From: Thermostichus sp. DRC_bins_24
Lineage (GTDB): Bacteria > Cyanobacteriota > Cyanobacteriia > Thermostichales > Thermostichaceae
Length of the DNA: 19,628 nucleotides
Direction: 5' to 3'
NCBI GenBank assembly: GCA_039794845.1
Contig: JAUQVK010000075.1
Coordinates: forward strand, 1 to 19,628
Of this stretch, positions 6,937 through 14,497 are shown in pieces. The position numbers and the translations under genes are program-made. The notes below the pieces were generated by a model that was not told the DNA's origin, ran no database searches, and was given only the letters and a program-made list of their open reading frames with translations. Position 1 is the first letter of the stretch; every line of letters begins with the position of its first letter.

Positions 6937-9243
6937 CTATGTTGCCGGGATCTGGTCCTGAGCGCCCACAGGCTCCGGGGGTTGCCACTTCAGCACCAAG
7001 GTGGAGAGCTGCGGCAGACAGAGATCCAGCGAGTAGGGCAGGTTGTGGTAGGCCCAGTCGTCCGTCCATTTGCCTCCCAAATTGCCCACCCCGCTGCCCC
7101 AAAACTCCACAGCGTCGCTATTGAGGACTTCCCGGTAAAAGCCGCGTGCCGGCACCCCAATGCGGTAGTTGGGCCAGACCACCGGCGTGAAGTTACAGAC
7201 CACCACCACCCACTCGTTGGGATCCTCCCCATAGCGAATAAAGGAGACAATGCCACGGTGGTCACTACAGTCGATCCAGCGGAACCCCTCCGGTCTGATG
7301 TCTTGGATGTAAAGAGCCGGTTCCGAGCGCAACAATCGGTTCAAACTGCCCACATAGTTGCGCAACTTGGCATGAGGTTCAAACTGCAGTAGATCCCAAT
7401 CCAGATCCGCCCAAACATTCCATTCGTTCCACTGACCAAACTCCATGCTCATGAACAGGGTTTTCTTGCCGGGGTGGGTGAACATATAGCCGTACAAAGC
7501 CCGCAAACTGGCAAATTTGTGCCACTGATCCCCGGGCATTTTGCCCAACATGTGGCTCTTGCCATGTACGACCTCATCATGGGAAAAGGCCAGCATGTAG
7601 TTTTCGCTAAAGGCGTACATGAGGCTGAAGGTCACCAAATTGGAATGGAACTGGCGAAACCAGGGATCCATATGGAAATAATCCAGCATGTCGTGCATCC
7701 AGCCCATGTTCCACTTTAGGTTGAAACCCAACCCCCCCACATGGGTGGGCCAGGTCACCATCGGCCAGGCAGTAGATTCTTCGGCAATAGAAAGGGCACC
7801 TGGATTGTATTTGAAAATAAGGGTATTCAATTGCCGGAAAAAGTCAATCGCCTCGATATGCTCCCGTCCGCCGTAGGGGTTGGGTAGCCATTCTTTGCGG
7901 TCGTAATCCAGATACAGCATCGAAGCCACCGCATCCACGCGGATCCCGTCGATGTGGTATTTCTCAAACCAAAAGAGGGCATTGGCCACCAGGTAATTGC
8001 GCACTTCATTGCGGCCATAGTTGAAGACCAACGTGCCCCAGCCCTTGTGTTCCCCTTTGCGAGAATCACCATACTCGTACAGATGGCTGCCGTCGAAAAA
8101 GGCCAGCCCATGCCCATCTTTGGGAAAATGGCCCGGTACCCAATCGACGATGACCCCAATCCCGGCTTGGTGGGCTTGATCCACAAAGTACATGAAGTCT
8201 TGCGGGGATCCATAGCGGGATGTGGCGGCATAATGGCCGATCACCTGATAGCCCCAGGATCCATCGAAGGGGTGCTCTGCCACCGGCAAAAGCTCGATGT
8301 GGGTAAAGCCCAGTTCCTTCACGTAGGGGATCAATTTATCCGCCAGCTCCCGATAGGTAAGGAAGCGGGTGTTGGGCTTCTGATCCACCGGTACACTCGG
8401 CCCCTGAGCGGGGGGATCCTCAGCCGAGCCATGCATCCAGGATCCCAAATGCACTTCGTAAACAGAAACCGGTGAGCGGAGGGGTTCGGTGGCGGCCCGC
8501 CGTTCCAGCCAGGCTTGGTCGCCCCAACTGTAGGTGTTCAAGTCCGTCACAATGGAGCCGGTTTTCGGACGCACCTCCTGCTGGAACCCATAGGGATCCG
8601 ACTTTTCGTAGATGTCGCCCCAGGGGGTTTTCACCTCGTACTTGTAGATCGCCCCCAAGGGCACACCGGGGATGAACAAAGCCCAGATGCCACTCTCCCC
8701 CAGCACCTTCATCTGGTGTTGGCGGCCATCCCAGTGGTTGAAATCGCCGATAACGCTGACATTGCGGGCGTTAGGGGCCCAAACGGCAAAGTGCACCCCC
8801 GCTACCCCTTCAACGGTGAGGGGATGAGCGCCCAGCTTGTCGTAGATGCGGTGGTGGTTGCCCTCGCCGAACAGGTAGCGATCCACCTCCCCCACATGAT
8901 CCACCTTCTCCGGTGGAAACCGATAGGGATCCTCCCACTCTTCCAGGCGTTGCCCATCGGGATCCCAGGTGCGCTGCGATCTCAAAAAATAATCCGGCAG
9001 GGGGGCGCCGGGGGCCAAGCGCAGTTCAAACAGGGTTTCCGGGTGCAGTGGCTGCATTGGATGGGCCTGGCCTGTGGCCCGTTCTACCACCCAAACCTGC
9101 CTGGCATTGGGCACAAGGGCACGAATCAGCCAATAGGACTCCCCGGCTTCTGCAATCTGCTGTGGCCCCAGAACGGCAAAGGGATCCTGCCACTGATTGG
9201 AGACAAACTGACCCACTTGTTCGGCAGACAAGAGAAATGCCAT
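6937..9243 (-). CDS. glgB: 1,4-alpha-glucan branching enzyme (GH13)
   Basis: FAVWAPNA, YEVHLGSW, ELLPVAEHPFDGSWGYQ, DWVPGHFP, DGIRVDAVASMLY, AEESTAWP, KWNMGWMHD and SHDEVVHGK. Confidence 0.98.
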   Translation of the reverse strand: MAFLLSAEQVGQFVSNQWQDPFAVLGPQQIAEAGESYWLIRALVPNARQVWVVERATGQAHPMQPLHPETLFELRLAPGAPLPDYFLRSQRTWDPDGQRLEEWEDPYRFPPEKVDHVGEVDRYLFGEGNHHRIYDKLGAHPLTVEGVAGVHFAVWAPNARNVSVIGDFNHWDGRQHQMKVLGESGIWALFIPGVPLGAIYKYEVKTPWGDIYEKSDPYGFQQEVRPKTGSIVTDLNTYSWGDQAWLERRAATEPLRSPVSVYEVHLGSWMHGSAEDPPAQGPSVPVDQKPNTRFLTYRELADKLIPYVKELGFTHIELLPVAEHPFDGSWGYQVIGHYAATSRYGSPQDFMYFVDQAHQAGIGVIVDWVPGHFPKDGHGLAFFDGSHLYEYGDSRKGEHKGWGTLVFNYGRNEVRNYLVANALFWFEKYHIDGIRVDAVASMLYLDYDRKEWLPNPYGGREHIEAIDFFRQLNTLIFKYNPGALSIAEESTAWPMVTWPTHVGGLGFNLKWNMGWMHDMLDYFHMDPWFRQFHSNLVTFSLMYAFSENYMLAFSHDEVVHGKSHMLGKMPGDQWHKFASLRALYGYMFTHPGKKTLFMSMEFGQWNEWNVWADLDWDLLQFEPHAKLRNYVGSLNRLLRSEPALYIQDIRPEGFRWIDCSDHRGIVSFIRYGEDPNEWVVVVCNFTPVVWPNYRIGVPARGFYREVLNSDAVEFWGSGVGNLGGKWTDDWAYHNLPYSLDLCLPQLSTLVLKWQPPEPVGAQDQIPAT

Positions 9244-9314
9244 CGGGAGCCCTCAACAGACAACTGATCTCGACTGATCCCAGTGTAACGGCGGCTGAGT
9301 TCCCCTTTGGCCGA

Positions 9315-10775
9315 TTAGCTCCAGGCCCGTCGCCAGGAGAAGAAGCCTTCTAAAAAGTTTTGCAGGCGGGTATTGGCGGCAAAGTTTTGTTTTTTGTGCT
9401 GCAGGGCGGCTTTGGCTGTCACCTCCGAGAGGGTGGGGTAAACGTGAATCCCTGTCAGGGCAGAGACGGGCAGTTTGTGGCTCATGGCCAAGACCACCTC
9501 ATGAATCAGTTCCCCCGCATGGGCTCCCACCAGGTGCGCCCCCAAAAGTTGCCCGTTGCGCCGGCAGATCAACTTGGCAAACCCCAGTGTGGCGGCTTCC
9601 GCCTGCGCCCGATCTACTTCCGCAAACTCGTGCTTGAGTACCATCACATCGTTGCCGTAGTGTTGCTTGGCTTCGCGTTCGGTGAGGCCAACCCGGGCCA
9701 ATTCCGGCTCGGTAAAAGTAGCCCAGGGAATGACCCGATAACTGGCTTTGCTCACGGGTAAAAACAGGGCATTCACCAGGGCCACCGCCGCTTCGTATCC
9801 CGCCACATGGGTAAATTGCGGCCCCCCGATCACGTCCCCACAGCCATAAATGCGCGGATTGCTGGTTTGCAGTTTGGCGTTCACCTGAATCCCTTGGGGG
9901 CCAACCTGCACGCCCGCGGCTTCCAACCCCAAGTCTTCCACGTTGGGCACCCGCCCTGCTGCCACCAAAATCGCTTCGACGCGCAGCACCTTGCTGCCGT
10001 TACCCGTGTTCCCGTCCACGTACAAAAGCTTTTCCCCCTGCTCTTGGCTGGCTGTCTGGGCTCGCACTTCTGTAAGAATGTGGATCCCTTCTTGGGCCAA
10101 CTGCTGCTGCACCACCTGGGCTGCTTCTGGGTCTTCTTTGGGCAAAATACGGTCGCGGCTGGCAATCAGGGTGACCTCGGATCCCAAGCGAGCTAGGGCT
10201 TGTCCCAACTCACAGCCAATCGGCCCCGCTCCGATCACCGCCACCGACTTTGGCAAGCGCGTCAGGTCAAATACCGATTCGTTGGTGAGGCAACCCACTT
10301 CTGCTAACCCCGGCAAGGGAGGAATCCGGGGACGGGATCCCGTCGCCACCACAAAAGCCCGTGCCCGTACCCGCCGCCCTTCCACCTCAAAGGTGTGTTC
10401 ATCCACAAAGCGGCCTTTGCCAAAGACGATCTCCACCCCCAGTCGGCGAAAGCGCTCCGGCGAGTCGGCGTGGTTGGCAATGAACTCCTGAGCGGAGCGA
10501 ATGTGCTGGTACACCTTGAGATAGTCCACCTGGATCCCCGCCCCATGGATGGCAGAGACCAAGCCAGAAGCCGTAGCCTGGCGAATGTGATGGACAGTAC
10601 GGGCCACGTGAATAAGGGATTTGCTCGGCACACAGCCATACCAAAGGCAGTCTCCACCGATGCGGTCGCTTCCTTCCACCAGCAGAACCTTGGCCTTCAG
10701 TTGCGCGGCGGCGCTGGCGACCACAAGGCCTGCTGAACCGGCGCCAATGACGACAACATCATAGGGAACGGTCAT
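9315..10775 (-). CDS. Class I pyridine nucleotide-disulfide oxidoreductase (LpdA/MerA-like flavoprotein)
   Basis: GAGSAG FAD motif, redox disulfide GGDCLWYGCVPSK, ATGS, GAGPIG NAD(P) motif, GDV and HVYPTLSE. Start is ATG at 10775 (MTVPYDVVVIG). No NmerA domain and no C-terminal Cys-Cys pair. Confidence 0.92.
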   Translation of the reverse strand: MTVPYDVVVIGAGSAGLVVASAAAQLKAKVLLVEGSDRIGGDCLWYGCVPSKSLIHVARTVHHIRQATASGLVSAIHGAGIQVDYLKVYQHIRSAQEFIANHADSPERFRRLGVEIVFGKGRFVDEHTFEVEGRRVRARAFVVATGSRPRIPPLPGLAEVGCLTNESVFDLTRLPKSVAVIGAGPIGCELGQALARLGSEVTLIASRDRILPKEDPEAAQVVQQQLAQEGIHILTEVRAQTASQEQGEKLLYVDGNTGNGSKVLRVEAILVAAGRVPNVEDLGLEAAGVQVGPQGIQVNAKLQTSNPRIYGCGDVIGGPQFTHVAGYEAAVALVNALFLPVSKASYRVIPWATFTEPELARVGLTEREAKQHYGNDVMVLKHEFAEVDRAQAEAATLGFAKLICRRNGQLLGAHLVGAHAGELIHEVVLAMSHKLPVSALTGIHVYPTLSEVTAKAALQHKKQNFAANTRLQNFLEGFFSWRRAWS

Positions 10776-10800
10776 GGCTCTTTCCGAGGTAGGGTGAATC

Positions 10801-10824
10801 GAGCAATCAAAAGAGCAATCAAAA
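10801..10824. repeat. Perfect 12-bp tandem direct repeat (GAGCAATCAAAA)x2 in the divergent oxidoreductase/tatA intergenic region
   Basis: Read directly at 10801-10812 and 10813-10824. Confidence 0.85.
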
Positions 10825-11016
10825 TCAGACTCCCCAGAGGGATAGGACAATCCTACCGATCTCATCCTGAATGGGTTGTGGGTGAGATAGAGATATATGA
10901 AGTTCCTGAGAAGGCGTAGGCCAAAGGATCCCTTTCTGAATCGGAGAAGAACTTGCTAGAGTGAGACAAGCTGGCAGTTACCAACTTTTTTTCTGTTTCT
11001 TGGGTTTCGGGGATCT

Positions 11017-11268
11017 ATGACTATTCTGCTACCGAGCGAACCTATCCTGGCCGTAAGCATTTTCGGCATGGGCCTGCCGGAACTGGCAGTGATTGGGGTA
11101 ATCGCAGTGGTCGTGTTTGGTCCCAAGAAGCTACCGGAGTTGGGCAGCGCCGTCGGCAAAGCGTTGCGGGGCTTCAAGCAAGAGATGAACAATCCCAGCG
11201 GTGATGAAGAATCTGCCCCTGCTAAGGCCGAAAACACCGAAAAAGTGGTGGAGAAGGACGTCGCCTGA
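11017..11268 (+). CDS. tatA: Twin-arginine translocase TatA/TatE-family subunit
   Basis: FGMGLPELAVIGVIAVVVFGPKKLPELGSAVGKALRGFKQE (TM helix, FGP hinge, amphipathic helix) followed by an acidic tail. A TGcTAGAGT -10-like element lies at 10954-10962. The start codon is uncertain. Confidence 0.92.
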   Translation: MTILLPSEPILAVSIFGMGLPELAVIGVIAVVVFGPKKLPELGSAVGKALRGFKQEMNNPSGDEESAPAKAENTEKVVEKDVA

Positions 11269-11413
11269 ACCAAGGCTTCCTGAAGATGGGCAATCAATCG
11301 GCATCGGGTCGGCTTCCAGCCAAACAAACTCTAAGGGTAGTGTATATTTTGTAGGGATCTCTGCTTCTAACGCTAATGGCAGGGCTTAGTCGACTTGGGC
11401 CAAACGGAGTCTT

Positions 11414-12250
11414 ATGGCTGAGCTGACCGATTCCGAGCTGATGCGCCAGATCCAGTCGCGGGATCGGCGTGGCCATTTCCTGCTGAAGGATCGCTATCAA
11501 AAGCGCCTGCTGGAGATTGCCTTGGCCACCCTTAAAAAACCCCACCAAGCGGAAGAGGTGGTGCGCCAGGTCTTTGAGTTTTGCTGGAAACGGGCAGATA
11601 CATTCGATATCGAACGGGATCGCTCGGTGGCCCTGTGGCTCTACGAATTGACCGCCTTTCAAGCCAGAGAGCGGTTGCGGCGCTGGGCTTGGTTGCCGGC
11701 TCCCACCTCGATTCAAACGACGGTTTCGGTTTGGCCGCGACGCATCCTGCTGGGCCTCCTGGGGGTTCTGGGGGTTTACGCGACGGCCATGACGCTGGAG
11801 TACTGGCGGCTACGCTGGCGGTGGGGATCCCTGCTCCAAAGTGAATCCGTGGCGATTCAGCGGCTGTATCAGGACTGGCAACGACAACCCGATATCCAAA
11901 GGGCAACCCTACGGGATCCCAACTTTGGCAACCCAACGTTGGTGCAGGCCCTCTGGTCGCCGCGCGCCAAACAGGTGCTGTTGCTGGCCTCAGACATGGC
12001 CCCCGCTCCGCAGGGAAGCACCTATCAACTGTGGTTGCAGTCGGAACTGGAGGGAGGGGTACAGATGGTCGAAAATGCCGGCACATTCGCGGTGAACGGC
12101 GAGGGATCCCTGCAATGGCTGAGTCGGCCCACTCTTTCTCCCCAACCCTCTCGCCTAACCATCACCCTCGAACCCGCCGGGGGCAGTGAATCCCCCACCG
12201 GATCCCCCCTCTTGCAAAGCAGCTTTTTGATCCCGGCAGCTCAGCCGTGA
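11414..12250 (+). CDS. Chimeric membrane protein: ECF sigma region-2-like N-domain, TM helix, and RskA-type anti-sigma C-terminal domain
   Basis: Residues 1-90 (TDSELMRQI...LKDRY...IALATL...AEEVVRQVFEFCWKRADTFD...SVALWLYEL...ARERLRR) follow the SigK-like sigma2 pattern. Residues 111-131 are hydrophobic. The C-terminus has RskA motifs LWSP, PAPQGSTYQLWL, AGTF and LTITLEPAGGSESPTG. Confidence 0.8.
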   Translation: MAELTDSELMRQIQSRDRRGHFLLKDRYQKRLLEIALATLKKPHQAEEVVRQVFEFCWKRADTFDIERDRSVALWLYELTAFQARERLRRWAWLPAPTSIQTTVSVWPRRILLGLLGVLGVYATAMTLEYWRLRWRWGSLLQSESVAIQRLYQDWQRQPDIQRATLRDPNFGNPTLVQALWSPRAKQVLLLASDMAPAPQGSTYQLWLQSELEGGVQMVENAGTFAVNGEGSLQWLSRPTLSPQPSRLTITLEPAGGSESPTGSPLLQSSFLIPAAQP

Positions 12251-12274
12251 GGGAGCAAATATCCAGCGACCCCC

Positions 12275-12745
12275 TTAAGAAGCTCGCGCCACCCCCGACC
12301 GCCGCTTCCCACGGGATCCCCGTAGACGCACCTTGAGGCGGTAGCGGACGGTCTCGTGCACCACCTTGTAAGAAGCATCCACCCCGTGGTTTTCCCGCAA
12401 CCAGTCACGGATGTCGCTGTAGGTGCGAAATCGACCGGGCTGGTGTAGCTCCTGCTTAAGGGTTTCCAAAATCGGCTTGGGAATGAGGGGTTTGCGCCCT
12501 TGATTGCGAGGCACCGTCAACATGCCATCCAGCCCTGTGGTCTTGTATCGTTGAAACCACCGAAAGATCGTTGAGATATCCCGGCCCAGAATTTCAGCCA
12601 AGCCCGTAATGGTTTTGACTTTTCCAATTTTGAGAAGATAAAGAGCTTGAACCCGCTCTTTGCCCGTAGGAGTAGATTGCCTGCCGAGTAGCAATTTTAG
12701 CTCCTCGGCTGATTCCCGAATATCGAGCTTGAGAACTCCAGCCAT
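12275..12745 (-). CDS. Stand-alone HTH DNA-binding protein related to the IS630-family transposase N-terminal (OrfA) part
   Basis: MAGVLKLDIRESAEEL...KERVQALYLLK...LAEILGRDISTIFRWFQRYKTTGLDGML...GRKP...YSDIRDWL...SYKVVHETVRYRLK resembles cyanobacterial IS630 OrfA. It is 156 aa from ATG 12745. No DDE ORF follows; the convergent gene ends 24 nt after its stop. Confidence 0.8.
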   Translation of the reverse strand: MAGVLKLDIRESAEELKLLLGRQSTPTGKERVQALYLLKIGKVKTITGLAEILGRDISTIFRWFQRYKTTGLDGMLTVPRNQGRKPLIPKPILETLKQELHQPGRFRTYSDIRDWLRENHGVDASYKVVHETVRYRLKVRLRGSRGKRRSGVARAS

Positions 12746-13267
12746 GTTGGGATGCCGTAGGATCAACTGTGAACTCAAAATCTGGCAGGGAAAGCCGCAA
12801 AGACTTCACCTTCAGAAGAAAATCGGCTAAAGCCTGACCAAACTTAACCAAGGTAAGTAGGCGAGATCCCTAGCCAGAAAGCACCCCCAGCAGCCGAACG
12901 CGTCAGAGAAAATCTGCCTACGCACGGAGTGGGGTTGAACCCGCCACTTGGCTGTGAGTGTAGCACGGATACTTTAGTTTCTGGAAGCTGCCTCTGAAGT
13001 TTTTGTGGTCATTGCTTGACCTTTACAGAATCTGGATCTGAAAAAGCCACTGAACAAAGCTGCATCTACTTCAGGTCTTCATCTTTCATGCAGTCATTAC
13101 AGCCCCTCTGCCAGTCACCTACAACAACTCCGTTGAGACCTACCTCCCGAATCCCTGCCGTAGAGAACCCGCGCAAGGGCTGTACCGGTGGGTTGGCTGG
13201 AGGGATCCCCTCCTTCGCGGCGGGTTGCGGCTATAGGATTGGGGGGCAAGCTTGCCGGTGGCGCACC

Positions 13268-14167
13268 ATGATCCATAGACATTCGTCTTGGGAGGGGTTT
13301 CGTTGGTTTCGGTTGGCCCTACAGCTCCAGGGCTCTGTGGTGCCGGCCGTGCTTACCCGCACTTTGGTTTGCGGGTTGTTCGGGGTGCTGGTCTCGATTC
13401 TCTACGAGTTGGGGTTACCCCTGGCGCTTTCGGCGTTGGTGGCGTTCGTGCCGAATATCGTTTTGGGGTTGATGTTGGTGTTTCGCACAAACACGGCCTA
13501 CGAGCGATTCTGGGAAGGGCGTAAAGCCTGGGGATCCCTGGTAAATGATGTGCGAAATTTAGCTCGGCTGATTTGGGTGGCGATTGAAGAACAGCAGTCC
13601 GGCGACCGGGAAGAGAAAATCAAAACTCTGTACCTGTTGCCCGCTTTCGCGGTGGCCATGAAGCAGCACTTGCGCCAAGAGCGCCTCCTTGACGAGATCC
13701 AGCCCTTAGTCAGCCCCCAACAGTTGCAACGCCTAAAAGATCTCAATCACCCCCCCCTGCAAATCGCCTTCTGGATAGGCGATTACCTGCAGCAGCAATA
13801 CGAGACAGGCCGGGTTGAGGTGTATCAGCTAACGATCATGGTGGAGCGGCTCAACAGCATGGTGGATGCCTTGGGGGCTTGCGAGCGCATTTTGATGACC
13901 CCAATGCCCCTGGCTTATGCTCTCCACTTGAAGCAATTGTTGTTGCTCTATTGCTTGTCTTTGCCGTTCCAGATGGTGCAAGGATTGGGCTGGATGACCG
14001 GGCCTATCGTGGGGTTGTTGAGCTTTATGTTGTTTGGCATTGAAGAGATTGGCATCGAAATTGAGAATCCCTTTGGCCGGGATCCCAATGATTTGCCGCT
14101 CGATGGTATTTGCAACAAAATGCGCCACAACATCGCGGATTTGATTCATTCAACGCGAGGAAGCTGA
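13268..14167 (+). CDS. Bestrophin-family (YneE-like) anion channel
   Basis: LGLMLVFRTNTAYERFWEGRKAWG, CERILMTPMPLAY and GIEEIGIEIENPFGRDPNDLPLD. ATG 13268 gives about 299 aa, typical for the family. Confidence 0.93.
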   Translation: MIHRHSSWEGFRWFRLALQLQGSVVPAVLTRTLVCGLFGVLVSILYELGLPLALSALVAFVPNIVLGLMLVFRTNTAYERFWEGRKAWGSLVNDVRNLARLIWVAIEEQQSGDREEKIKTLYLLPAFAVAMKQHLRQERLLDEIQPLVSPQQLQRLKDLNHPPLQIAFWIGDYLQQQYETGRVEVYQLTIMVERLNSMVDALGACERILMTPMPLAYALHLKQLLLLYCLSLPFQMVQGLGWMTGPIVGLLSFMLFGIEEIGIEIENPFGRDPNDLPLDGICNKMRHNIADLIHSTRGS

Positions 14168-14185
14168 TCCTCAGGGCCTTAAGCC

Positions 14186-14368
14186 AGGGTTACAGCCCTT
14201 GTGCGGGTCTTCTACAGCAAGTTTTGCACTTCCTGTTCCTGATACGCGGGGTGCGGAGCACCATCCGGCTGGAAGAGGAAGTCTCGGCTTCCACGGTTCT
14301 AGGTGACCGGCGTTGCCCTATGGTGGGTGAACGCACTCGCGTGTCCTGGGCGTAAAGGGCTGTGAAGC
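14186..14368 (-). ncRNA. ssrS: Probable 6S RNA (SsrS/SsaA); ends approximate
   Basis: About 180 nt that fold into a rod on the minus strand. Closing stem ACAGCCCUU/AAGGGCUGU (14355-14363 with 14192-14200), inner stem GCGAGU/ACUUGC, a large central bubble, then GGGC..CGCCG/UGGUGCUC and apical UGGAAG/CUUCCA. G:U pairs in the inner stems favour the minus strand. GGGCAACGCC, CUAGAAC and UAUCAGGAAC resemble recalled cyanobacterial 6S motifs. Confidence 0.7.
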
Positions 14369-14459
14369 GGCAGTGTCTACCGGTAGTGGTAATCCTCAGG
14401 GCCTAGTCGCAAATTTGCCGAAAGGGATCCCCATATCTGGGTGGCAGTGGGATTCCGTC

Positions 14460-14468
14460 TGCTAAACT
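14460..14468 (+). promoter_or_regulatory. Putative extended -10 element (TGcTAAACT) for the sbcD-sbcC-nurA operon
   Basis: TGn-TAnnnT about 30 nt before ATG 14498. Confidence 0.4.
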
Positions 14469-14497
14469 GTGGACAATTTGCCTGGCATCTCTGGGTT

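Noticed and set aside
9315..10775. Calling the flavoprotein merA
   Set aside because: It lacks the C-terminal Cys-Cys pair, and no mer operon genes are nearby.
12275..12778. Complete active IS630 element
   Set aside because: No DDE catalytic ORF, frameshift continuation or terminal inverted repeats could be identified.
12960..12972. NtcA-like site GTAgcacggaTAC
   Set aside because: The spacer is 7 nt; the NtcA consensus is GTA-N8-TAC.
13016..13267. 84-aa N-terminal extension of bestrophin in the ORF track (likewise extensions of the oxidoreductase 10776-10865, sbcD 14441-14497 and pyrH 4335-4367)
   Set aside because: The extensions do not look family-like and some overlap promoter-like elements; downstream ATGs give family-typical starts.
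14110..14355. 81-aa plus-strand ORF
   Set aside because: It overlaps the bestrophin 3' end, has no motifs, and the region is better explained by a structured RNA on the minus strand.
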